Made by a program: the position numbers and the translations under genes. From contig JAQVYS010000003.1 in assembly GCA_028708605.1 (NCBI GenBank), positions 2,436-66,435 on the forward strand: a DNA stretch of 64,000 bases, read 5' to 3'. Origin of the DNA: Bacillota bacterium. GTDB lineage: Bacteria > Bacillota > DTU065. The notes under the pieces were generated by a model that worked only from the letters and a program-made list of their open reading frames with translations, made no database searches and was not told the origin of the DNA. This document shows positions 1 to 8,274 of this stretch, piece after piece (the first letter of the stretch is position 1; every line of letters begins with the position of its first letter).

Positions 1-92
1 TTAGGCGTTTTGCGGTAATGTAGGTTATTTTCTAGAATCGAAGAAGATGAGAAAATTCGTGTTTGGTTTTTTCTAAAGAGGTGTGACAGAAT

Positions 93-1991
93 ATGAGTGA
101 TCGCTACAATTTTGAACTGGTAGAAAAAAAGTGGCAAGAAAAGTGGCGAGAATCGGGGCTTTATAAAACCAAAGCTTTCACAGAGCCTAAGTTCTACTGT
201 CTCGATATGCCTCCTGATTCATTTATCGAGTTCCATATGGGTTATGCGAGAAATTACACCGCATCTGATGTGATTAGTCGCTTTTATCGCATGCAGGGCT
301 ACAATGTTTTCCATCCTCTAGGCTTTTTTATGCTAGCATTAACAGACTTAAAAGAAGCTAAGCTTAGGACCAGAGACGAGATAGCCACAAAAGTTGATCA
401 AATAACACAGTTTCTCGAAAAGCTAGGCTTAAGTTATGATTTTGAAGAGGATCTGTGGGGCCTAGAAACTCAGGTTTTAAAATGGAGTAAGTGGCTGTTT
501 TTAGAGCTCTTTAAAAAAGGTTTTATCTATAAGAAAAAGAGCTCGAGAGCTTGGTGCCCTTCTTGTAAGGTTTTTCTTGTAGAAGAGGAGGTTACTGGAA
601 AAAGTTGTGAAAAATGTGGCAGTGAAACCCTTCTAAAAGAAACCTTTGAGTGGTTTTTAAACTTAACCCCGTATGCTAAAAGTCTACTAAATAACTTAGA
701 TACACTCTCTGGCTTACCAGATAGGGTAATTGCTATGCAGAAAAATTGCCTAACAAAAAGGCTCTATCTGGATGGGAGATCCGAGAGATATTTACTTAGC
801 GATTGGTTAATTGCCAAAGAAAGTTCTTTTGGCATTCCGGTTCCTATTTTGCATTGCAAAAACTGTGGAATGATGCCTGATGAAAAGTTGCCAATAGTAG
901 TCTCTCAGAATAATGAAAAACAACAAGAAAATCAAGAAAAAAGCTTAGGTACTTTTTGCCCAAGGTGTAAAGGGGAGGCCAAAAGAGATACTGCTAAGCT
1001 AGATAGTTCTTTTGTTTCTTCTTGGTTCTATCTACTATTTGCAGATGTTTCCATGGCGGAGCTCACTAAAAGCATAACTACAAAACACTGGATGAATGTG
1101 GATCTTCTTATTGAAAACATAGATCAAGCAGGTTTAAATCTTTTACATGCTAGGTTTATCAATATGTTTTTATATGATCTTGGTTTGTCTCTAACTCAGG
1201 AGCCATTTAATAAAATAGTAGTTAGTGGTACTGTGTTACTTAACGGAACTAAGATGGAGGGTTCTAACACCGTAGAATTAGACAGGATGGTCAGAGTTTA
1301 CGGAGCAGATACTTGTCGGTGGTTTATGATTTTTTCAGCTCCCATAAAAAGCGACTTTGAGTGGAACGATGATGCCATAGAAGGCTCGTACCGCTTCATA
1401 AACCGAGTTTGGCGGGTAGTTTGTGATGCAAAGCATATACTGGAGGACTCCAAAGCAGACCTAAAACAAGAGTTTACAAAGAATGATAACAAGCTTAAAG
1501 AATGTCTTTACCAGACTGTAAAAAACGTCACCGTGATCTTGCAAAATGGCTCTCAGCTTAATACTGCCTGTAGCTTACTGATGGAGTATACAAATGAGAT
1601 CCAAAGCTATCTCTATACATCAAAAAGCGTTGGAAAAAAGTTTAATGCTAGCTTATTAAAAGAAGCTATAGAGAGCCTTTTAAAAATGCTTGCTCCTTTT
1701 GTTCCTCACGTAGTATCCGAGTTATGGGAAATTCTAGGATATAACGAAGATGTCCATAGTTGCATTTGGCCAAGCTTTAACAGTGATCTTGTCAACTTTA
1801 CAGATAGAGAAGTTGTTCTACAGATTAATGGCAAAAAGAGGGCTAAACTCACCCTGCCTTTAGATACAGATCAAGAGGATCTTAAGAGACAGGCTCTAGA
1901 AAACGAGAAGATAAAAAGCTTTTTAGAAGGTATGGAGATAAAGAAGATTATCGTTGTTCCTGGAAAAGTTGTTAATATTGTTGCAGGATAA
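93..1991 (+). CDS. Leucyl-tRNA synthetase-like paralog (632 aa), predicted catalytically inactive. HIGH motif reads HMGY, KMSKS reads KMEGS, the WDAFGLP motif is lost and the CP1 editing domain is absent. The Zn knuckles, anticodon-binding domain and C-terminal domain are conserved.
   Basis: N-terminus (EKKWQEKW...KFYCLDM...RNYTASDVISRFYRMQGYNVFHP) aligns to bacterial LeuRS. GADTCRWFMIFSAP...RFINRVW and the C-terminus VLQINGKKRAKLTLP...FLEG...VVPGKVVNIVAG are LeuRS-like. Length is 632 aa versus about 800-860 for a bacterial LeuRS. Confidence 0.75.
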   Translation: MSDRYNFELVEKKWQEKWRESGLYKTKAFTEPKFYCLDMPPDSFIEFHMGYARNYTASDVISRFYRMQGYNVFHPLGFFMLALTDLKEAKLRTRDEIATKVDQITQFLEKLGLSYDFEEDLWGLETQVLKWSKWLFLELFKKGFIYKKKSSRAWCPSCKVFLVEEEVTGKSCEKCGSETLLKETFEWFLNLTPYAKSLLNNLDTLSGLPDRVIAMQKNCLTKRLYLDGRSERYLLSDWLIAKESSFGIPVPILHCKNCGMMPDEKLPIVVSQNNEKQQENQEKSLGTFCPRCKGEAKRDTAKLDSSFVSSWFYLLFADVSMAELTKSITTKHWMNVDLLIENIDQAGLNLLHARFINMFLYDLGLSLTQEPFNKIVVSGTVLLNGTKMEGSNTVELDRMVRVYGADTCRWFMIFSAPIKSDFEWNDDAIEGSYRFINRVWRVVCDAKHILEDSKADLKQEFTKNDNKLKECLYQTVKNVTVILQNGSQLNTACSLLMEYTNEIQSYLYTSKSVGKKFNASLLKEAIESLLKMLAPFVPHVVSELWEILGYNEDVHSCIWPSFNSDLVNFTDREVVLQINGKKRAKLTLPLDTDQEDLKRQALENEKIKSFLEGMEIKKIIVVPGKVVNIVAG

Positions 1992-2034
1992 TACCGGCTA
2001 ATACAGAAAAATAGAATTACAACAGGGAACTTCA

Positions 2035-2071
2035 TCTAGTGTAGATGAGGCTCCCTTTTTTGTTTTGGAGG
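2035..2071 (+). terminator. Rho-independent terminator downstream of the LeuRS-like gene
   Basis: GGGAACTTCATCTA-gtg-TAGATGAGGCTCCC stem followed by TTTTTT. Confidence 0.65.
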
Positions 2072-2079
2072 GATTTTAG

Positions 2080-2622
2080 ATGAAACTATCAGGTAGAGAA
2101 AAGAGGTTTTTGGTAGTTGTAGCTTTAGCGATCCTATTTTTCTCAGTAACAGAGTCTGTTCTTACAAGCTATCGGATTGGACTTGCAAAAGGTTTAGAAA
2201 CAGAGCTACAAAAAGAGGAAATCGCAACAAGTACAAACTTAAATTTGTCTGTAGAAAAAAGTCAAGATGAGAGAAGGCTAGTTGTAAAATCAGAAGACCT
2301 AAAACCTGAAGTTAAAGATACCGATGAAGCCGGAATCGAAGAGGCAAAAAAGTCAAATCATCTAGAAAGCACCTCTTCTAGTACCACTCAAAACGCAGAT
2401 TCTAAAGTAGCTAAAACTGCAAACGGAAAACCTTTGCTAAACATTAATACAGCAGATTACGATCAGCTTGTTGAGCTACCTGGAATAGGACCAGTATTAG
2501 CAGAGCGAATTTTGACTTATCGCCTAGAAAAAGGACGGTTTCTTTCTCTAGATGAGCTAATGGAGGTCAGGGGTATTGGAGAAAAACTACTTCTCAAAAT
2601 TAAGCCATATCTTACAATCTAA
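2080..2622 (+). CDS. comEA: Competence protein ComEA (membrane-anchored DNA receptor with a C-terminal helix-hairpin-helix)
   Basis: N-terminal TM segment; C-terminal LNINTADYDQLVELPGIGPVLAERIL...LMEVRGIGEKLLLKIKP tandem HhH; RBS GGAGGG 7 nt before the ATG. Confidence 0.85.
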   Translation: MKLSGREKRFLVVVALAILFFSVTESVLTSYRIGLAKGLETELQKEEIATSTNLNLSVEKSQDERRLVVKSEDLKPEVKDTDEAGIEEAKKSNHLESTSSSTTQNADSKVAKTANGKPLLNINTADYDQLVELPGIGPVLAERILTYRLEKGRFLSLDELMEVRGIGEKLLLKIKPYLTI

Positions 2623-4882
2623 GCTTGGTTTTTGGCCTTTACTCTTTCTCTTTCTTGTATTTGGTATTTTGTTCGGTGAGTATGTTCACGTGCCTAGTTA
2701 CTTTTATCTTTGTGTTCTCATAGCATGCGTTTTTTTCTGGCTTTATGCTTTAAAGATCCCAACGATTTTTTATTGGCTTTTAATTGTTTTTGCAAGCTCT
2801 CTTTTGCCTCAGCATCTAAAGATCAATGATAATATGCTAGAAGATTACCTTAGTGTTGATCTATGTTTTTATGTAGAGGAGGTAAAAGGCTCAGTAGAAG
2901 AAGGTTTTAAAGCTCAGATATTAAGTGAAGAGGGAAGATTTTATCTCTACAGCAATTTGCCACTATATCCCGGGGAACTAATGCAGGTTAGAACCCAGTT
3001 AAAACCAGTTTCTCCTGCAAAAAACCCCGGCGAGTTTTGCTTTTTTAGCTATCTAAAAAGCCAAAATCTGAGAGGGACTGGACAGCTCAACTTTGAGTGG
3101 CAAATTATCGAAAGAAAGCAAACACTAAAAAGTATTATCTTTAAGGTACTTTATAATCTACGTGATCTTGGTAAGCTCCGCTTTGAGAACCTAACAACAG
3201 GTAGTCTTTATAGCGCTTTGGTTTTTGGTACAGGCTTAGACGAAGAACTGGCTGAGACATCTAGAACTGCCGGGACGTCACATTTTCTAGTTGTCTCTGG
3301 ACTGCATGTAGGATATCTGGCAATTATTATTCAAAAACTCGCAGTCTTTGGCTCCGGTTCAATTATGACAGTTGTCTTTTTGTTTTTTTATGCTTTTTTA
3401 GTAGGAGGCACACCTTCTGTATGGAGGGCAGTCTTATCTTACCTTATTGCACAAAAGTCTAAATCACGAATGCTAGATCGATTGGCCTTAACATTGACTC
3501 TAATGCTAGTTTTAAAACCTTCTTGGTTATTTTCACTCTCGTTCCAATATAGTGCTCTTGCGGTTTTTGGCATCGCTCTTTTAGAAAATTGGGAGATCTG
3601 GGGGCCCTTAAAAGTCGGATTAGGAGCTTCTTTAATGGTGCTTCCACTGTCACTTGTTAAAAACCGGAAAATGAATCTACTTAGTCTTCCAGTTAACATC
3701 CTCTTAGGTCCTGTGATTGGAGTTATGATGCTGCTTGCTTTGGTCTATTTGGTAGTTCCGGTGGGACTTTTAGGAAGTGTCTTGGATTTTTTAGGCTTGG
3801 CGTTTGTTTGGATAAACGAAGTGATGACCTCATTTACCTTTGCGGTTTCAGGGTTTAATAATTGTGAAGCAATATTCTTTTGGGTTTTGTTGTTTTTTAT
3901 CTGGCATGAAGGCCGGATACTTCCACAAAAAAGGCTCCTACTTCGCAGAGTTGTTGTTGTTTTTTTAGTAATCTGCGTCACAATTAGCGTCAATTTTCTA
4001 TTGGAGGCACTTCGCCCGGTAGAACTGTATTTCTTACAAATTCTCGATGGTGATGCTGCTTTGGTGCGCTTACCATATGGTAGAGGTGTTTTAATCGACA
4101 CTGGCTCTAGAACAGATACATTTGATGGAGCAGAAAGGATCTTAAATCCCGCTCTCTTATTTTTAGGGATAAAGAGGATTGAAACTGTATATTTAACTCA
4201 CAGTCATTTAGATCATATAGGTGGCTTAGAAAACTTAGTTTTCTGTGATAAGATAATGATAGGAAATGAACTCTTAAATCAGAAAGAAAAGCTTAGACAA
4301 AAAGCTCCTGTTTTGTTAGCTAAAGATGAAGCCTTTTCTTATGGAACAAAGTTTGAGGTACTAGATTTAGGACAAGAAGGGGGAGATCCCAATAACAACT
4401 CCTTAATACAGGTTGTTGAGATTTTGGGATGGAAGATTCTTTTTACTGCCGACAGGGAGATGGAAGGTCTAGAGGTCCTAAATGAGCTAGCTCTTCCTGT
4501 AGATATTGTAAAGGTACCACATCATGGCTCACCTGGGTCTTTGCATAGAGAGTGGATGGAGACAACTACAGCGTCAGTTGCCGTCTTTACTGGTGGGAAA
4601 TACGGTCGGCCAGACCCAATGGTTGTCGAAGCATGGCAGGATCTTTCTGCAAGAGCATTAGTGACAAAAACTGATGGGGCAGTAAGAATTCGGTTTTATT
4701 TAGATAGGATGCAGGTGGATCAATGGCAAAATGGTGCTTTCGCAGAGCAATTTACCATAAATAGGGATCTAAAGAGACAGAACTTAGGTGGGATAAATCT
4801 ATGGCAAAAGCTAAAAACCACATATTTCTCTTGTTTGGAGAAGATGAATATCTACTTGAGGAAAATACAAAAAAGCTTTTAG
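2576..4882 (+). CDS. comEC: DNA internalisation competence protein ComEC/Rec2 (polytopic membrane domain plus C-terminal metallo-beta-lactamase domain)
   Basis: 768 aa with multiple TM helices and a C-terminal LTHSHLDHIGG...VPHHGS MBL signature; synteny after comEA. The start may lie downstream of the listed one. Confidence 0.85.
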   Translation: MEKNYFSKLSHILQSKLGFWPLLFLFLVFGILFGEYVHVPSYFYLCVLIACVFFWLYALKIPTIFYWLLIVFASSLLPQHLKINDNMLEDYLSVDLCFYVEEVKGSVEEGFKAQILSEEGRFYLYSNLPLYPGELMQVRTQLKPVSPAKNPGEFCFFSYLKSQNLRGTGQLNFEWQIIERKQTLKSIIFKVLYNLRDLGKLRFENLTTGSLYSALVFGTGLDEELAETSRTAGTSHFLVVSGLHVGYLAIIIQKLAVFGSGSIMTVVFLFFYAFLVGGTPSVWRAVLSYLIAQKSKSRMLDRLALTLTLMLVLKPSWLFSLSFQYSALAVFGIALLENWEIWGPLKVGLGASLMVLPLSLVKNRKMNLLSLPVNILLGPVIGVMMLLALVYLVVPVGLLGSVLDFLGLAFVWINEVMTSFTFAVSGFNNCEAIFFWVLLFFIWHEGRILPQKRLLLRRVVVVFLVICVTISVNFLLEALRPVELYFLQILDGDAALVRLPYGRGVLIDTGSRTDTFDGAERILNPALLFLGIKRIETVYLTHSHLDHIGGLENLVFCDKIMIGNELLNQKEKLRQKAPVLLAKDEAFSYGTKFEVLDLGQEGGDPNNNSLIQVVEILGWKILFTADREMEGLEVLNELALPVDIVKVPHHGSPGSLHREWMETTTASVAVFTGGKYGRPDPMVVEAWQDLSARALVTKTDGAVRIRFYLDRMQVDQWQNGAFAEQFTINRDLKRQNLGGINLWQKLKTTYFSCLEKMNIYLRKIQKSF

Positions 4883-5748
4883 ATGGTTTTACAGAGACTG
4901 CTATCATCTCAGCTAGTGAAGCTGAGGAGTCGCAGATTAGAAATGAATTATGTAGTTTAGGTTTTTTTACAGACTCGAAAGCTGTAATAATAGAGGATTT
5001 AGAAAAACTTGATGTAAATAGGGGAGAAAGTATTACTGCCTTTTTGGAGAATGTACCAGATAAAATAAGAGTAATATTTAAGGCCAGGAGCTTAGAGGGC
5101 ACTCGCAAATGGGTCAAGTCGTTAAAAAAACAGGCCGAAGTAATTGATTGTGCTCCGCCAAAGCCTTATCAAATAACTAGGATGTTAGCAAAAGAAATAG
5201 CTGAGTTAAAACTTGATAGAGAGGAAACTGAGTATCTTACAAATGCTCTTCCGTTAGATCTTGCAGGTTCCCACAGTGAACTTGATAAACTCAGTCTTTA
5301 TCCAGACAAGCTTGATTTAAAAACCCTTAAGCTTCTGATCGAACCAGCGCTAGAAAATCAAGTGTTTACTTTGATAGATTTTTTGGTAAAACAGGATCTA
5401 AAAAACTCTTTAATTACTGTCAAAGAATTGATGGGATCAGGTAACGACCCCTTTGCAATATTGGGGGCTATTATTTGGCAGCTCCGCGTCCTATATAAGG
5501 TCTCTGATTACAGAGGTAACGATCCTGTGCGCGAATTAAATGTTAAAGAATACCCTTATAAAAAAGCTAAAGAGTCTCTTAGAAGGCTTTCTAAAGCCCA
5601 AATCGAAGAGTGGTTCTTGCTTACCCTTGAGTCCGATATGAGTATTAAAAGAGGGGTTCTTAGAGCGGATGCTGCTCTTGAAGTACTTGTCACTAAGATG
5701 TGCTTAAGTCTTCCGCCAAACAGAGTATTAAAGTGTGAAAACACCTGA
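4801..5748 (+). CDS. holA: DNA polymerase III delta subunit
   Basis: 315 aa, HIFLLFGEDEYLLEE N-terminus typical of HolA/YqeN; position after comEC matches B. subtilis. Confidence 0.75.
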   Translation: MAKAKNHIFLLFGEDEYLLEENTKKLLDGFTETAIISASEAEESQIRNELCSLGFFTDSKAVIIEDLEKLDVNRGESITAFLENVPDKIRVIFKARSLEGTRKWVKSLKKQAEVIDCAPPKPYQITRMLAKEIAELKLDREETEYLTNALPLDLAGSHSELDKLSLYPDKLDLKTLKLLIEPALENQVFTLIDFLVKQDLKNSLITVKELMGSGNDPFAILGAIIWQLRVLYKVSDYRGNDPVRELNVKEYPYKKAKESLRRLSKAQIEEWFLLTLESDMSIKRGVLRADAALEVLVTKMCLSLPPNRVLKCENT

Positions 5749-5792
5749 TTACCTAAAACGTATTACAGCTTCGAGTTTGGCTTCATATGGTT

Positions 5793-5843
5793 TAAAAAAA
5801 TAACCGCTAATCAATTTTGGTTGATTAGCGGTTATTTGCTTTT
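5793..5843. terminator. Bidirectional rho-independent terminator between convergent holA and the ADP-ribosylglycohydrolase gene
   Basis: Perfect 15-bp inverted repeat ATAACCGCTAATCAA-ttttgg-TTGATTAGCGGTTAT flanked by an A-run and a T-run. Confidence 0.75.
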
Positions 5844-5849
5844 ACCTTT

Positions 5850-7484
5850 TTAGTAAGTCGATGTCTCTAGTCTTAAATAGTCCCAGTATGCAGCTTCAAA
5901 TGACCAGTTATTAGGGTAGTTTTCTACTCTAATATCAACAGTTTGACCAGCATACTTAGCTAAAGAAACTTCTAGATCATACCAGACGATCTTCTGGTCT
6001 TGTCTCTCAATTAGTTTGGTAAAGATTAACTCATCATTCACATACACCCTAAGCTCCCAATCCGCAGTTAAATGTGTTGGGTGAGCACTCCCGTTAAAAC
6101 TAGTTACGCCCATTTTAAGCGTAGTAGAGGTTTGCTCTGGTAGAGTTTGTGTCCGGACAAAACTAAAGGGAGTGTTTTGATTTAGTGGATGGCTGGCAAA
6201 AACTGTATCTCTGCCTTCATAGGATTGCATAATGCCAGGGTTCATGTCCCAACCAAGGTTCTGTATCTCCCAGCCTTCTTCCCAGTCCTGTATCATACTC
6301 CCAGCTATCATATCATCTGACCAGGGCTCCTTATATTCGGGAGTTACTGTATTAAAATCTGGTAAAGCGATGGTTTCGCTTTGATCTAAGGATCCGCCAT
6401 TTTTTCTGATGTTTTCAATTCCTATCTTAACAGTTCTTTCTGCAATATCAGTTATCGTAAGATAAGCCGGAGCCATTTGGAGAACACTATTATAATACAG
6501 GTTGTTCAAGGGACTTTTCCAACGCTCAGGAATATTTTCAGCTCCAAGAAACGTCCCTATAATACCGCCAGCAGATGCAGCATTACAGTCATTATCTAGA
6601 CCAAACTGTACTGCTAAAGCTAAAGTTTTGTCAAAATCTCCCTCCCCGTATAACAAGGAGAGAACCACCATTGCTCCATTAATGTCAGCGATAACCCAGC
6701 CTCCAGTAGGTGTTTGACCGGCTTTATAATATTTTCGATAAACCATACTTCGTGCACGTTTACAGCTATCAGGGTAGGTCTGATATGCTTCAATTGCATA
6801 TTTAATTACTTCATAGTAGCGGCTTTCAGCTGGTATAAACTCGAGAGCCTGATTAATCAATGACGGGATATCGTCTTCAATAAACGCAAGGCTATATAGA
6901 GCAGCGATAAAGCGACCGCCATATTCGCCGTCAGAATAGGCCATGAGTTCACCCATCTTCGAGGCGTACTCAGTTCCAATATCGGGCATACCAGGTGAAA
7001 TTAATCCCCAAATGTCCGCCTCTATCTGAGCATCGATGTAAAGAGAATATTCGTTATTAGAAGGATGACCTGTAAGTGGAGGCATAATTCCTTCTTCAAT
7101 ATTGAGCCTAGCTCTGTAGTTAGCACATGCCATCGACCCAGCAACAATTTGTCTTTGCCATTCTTTGGCTAAATCTGCACTTGTTAGTTCTATACCATAT
7201 CTTTCTAAAGCATATAACCAAACTAAATCGTTAAATGTATCATCATCTGATATAGCATAAGACGGTGTGTTCGCGTAGTAGGTTAGTGATGTCGGACCCA
7301 TACCAGAAATAAAGTGACCCTCAGTTGGTAAGCCAAAGATATTACCTATCATTTGTCCTAGCCAACCTCCGTGGATCTTGTCTTGGTAGGAGTCTAGTGA
7401 AATTGTAGCTGCACTTCCTACTAAACTAAGAAGGATAACAACCAGAAGAAGATAATAAGATTTTTTGATTTTAAGGTTATACAA
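5850..7484 (-). CDS. Secreted or membrane-anchored ADP-ribosylglycohydrolase (ARH/DraG) family protein with a C-terminal beta-sandwich, carbohydrate-binding-like module. TTG start.
   Basis: N-terminal signal/anchor KIKKSYYLLLVVILLSLVGSAA; DKIHGGWLGQMIGNIFGLPTE and FGLDNDCNAASAGGIIGTFLG resemble ARH-fold metal-site motifs; about 170-aa C-terminal extension ending WSFEAAYWDYLRLE. Confidence 0.7.
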   Translation of the reverse strand: MYNLKIKKSYYLLLVVILLSLVGSAATISLDSYQDKIHGGWLGQMIGNIFGLPTEGHFISGMGPTSLTYYANTPSYAISDDDTFNDLVWLYALERYGIELTSADLAKEWQRQIVAGSMACANYRARLNIEEGIMPPLTGHPSNNEYSLYIDAQIEADIWGLISPGMPDIGTEYASKMGELMAYSDGEYGGRFIAALYSLAFIEDDIPSLINQALEFIPAESRYYEVIKYAIEAYQTYPDSCKRARSMVYRKYYKAGQTPTGGWVIADINGAMVVLSLLYGEGDFDKTLALAVQFGLDNDCNAASAGGIIGTFLGAENIPERWKSPLNNLYYNSVLQMAPAYLTITDIAERTVKIGIENIRKNGGSLDQSETIALPDFNTVTPEYKEPWSDDMIAGSMIQDWEEGWEIQNLGWDMNPGIMQSYEGRDTVFASHPLNQNTPFSFVRTQTLPEQTSTTLKMGVTSFNGSAHPTHLTADWELRVYVNDELIFTKLIERQDQKIVWYDLEVSLAKYAGQTVDIRVENYPNNWSFEAAYWDYLRLETSTY

Positions 7485-7574
7485 AAAACCCCCCCTTTTT
7501 TTATAATGAATTCACTACCTCGTAGAGGTCTTTGGCAAAGTAGTAGGTAATTCCTGTGTCAAAGAGTGGATTGT

Positions 7575-7599
7575 AGAAAAAAGCACAAAAACTTTGTGC
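7575..7599 (-). promoter_or_regulatory. Intrinsic-terminator-like hairpin inside the 5' leader of the ARH gene (candidate attenuator or riboswitch expression platform)
   Basis: On the minus strand: GCACAAA-gtt-TTTGTGC followed by TTTTTT, about 105 nt upstream of the TTG start and about 190 nt downstream of the rpsT terminator. Confidence 0.4.
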
Positions 7600-7800
7600 T
7601 ATCAGATGAGACGTATATTGTTGTTGCATTTAGGATAGGGGAATTTATAAAACAATTAAATGCTTCACGGTCTTTGAAGGAGAATAATAAGAAGCAGTCT
7701 TTTTTGTTTTGCATAAATTAAAGAAGAAATGACGGATCAAAGGTATACATCAAGTTGCTCAGGATTTAACTTGTGGTGGCCAGTTCAAATTATTTGGTTA

Positions 7801-7830
7801 AAAAAAGAGACCGATCATCGTGGATCGGTC
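7801..7830 (-). terminator. rpsT rho-independent terminator
   Basis: Minus strand GACCGATC-cacgat-GATCGGTC followed by TTTTTT immediately after the rpsT stop. Confidence 0.75.
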
Positions 7831-7835
7831 AGAAG

Positions 7836-8096
7836 TTACATAGCAGCTAATTTTTGGTGAAGTCTTGCTTTACGTCTATCAGCCTGATTCTTATGAATAA
7901 CACCCTTTTTAGCAGCTTTATCAATAGTGCTAAAGGCTTTAACTAAAGATGATTGAGCTACTTCTTTGTTCCCATCTTCTACTGCACTTAGAAATTTTTT
8001 AATCGAAGTACGCATACTTGAGAGTACGGTACGGTTTCTCTCAGAATTACGCTGCGTAGTTAGAATACGTTTTTGCGCGGACTTAATATTCGCCAT
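7836..8096 (-). CDS. rpsT: 30S ribosomal protein S20
   Basis: MANIKSAQKRILTTQRNSERNRTV...; RBS GGGAGGTG upstream. Confidence 0.9.
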   Translation of the reverse strand: MANIKSAQKRILTTQRNSERNRTVLSSMRTSIKKFLSAVEDGNKEVAQSSLVKAFSTIDKAAKKGVIHKNQADRRKARLHQKLAAM

Positions 8097-8132
8097 TAAA
8101 AATCCCACCTCCCTGAAAGGCAATTACACCTT

Positions 8133-8161
8133 AGTATACCATTTTACTTATGGTATTACAA
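8133..8161 (-). promoter_or_regulatory. Sigma-A-type promoter for rpsT (TTGTAA-17-TATACT with a TG extended -10)
   Basis: Minus strand TTGTAAtaccataagtaaaaTGgTATACT about 30 nt upstream of the rpsT start. Confidence 0.5.
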
Positions 8162-8274
8162 GTTACCCAAAGTATTACTCTGTTTTATTAAGGCAAAAAT
8201 TGGGTTCTAATTATGTTCCTAATAATAAATTTTAAGGTCTTTTGGTCTTTTATGCAAGCATTTTAAAATGCTTG

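Noticed and set aside
1-92. T-box or other leader upstream of the LeuRS-like gene
   Set aside because: Only 92 nt are visible and they contain no T-box motif. This cannot be assessed without upstream sequence.
7697-7799. 25-codon plus-strand ORF (MTDQRYTSSCSGFNLWWPVQIIWL) in the rpsT-ARH spacer
   Set aside because: It has a weak SD at poor spacing and no conservation clues. It is more likely non-coding leader or antisense sequence.
7966-8235. 89-aa plus-strand ORF overlapping rpsT
   Set aside because: It is antisense to the conserved S20 gene and extends into its promoter. It has no RBS.
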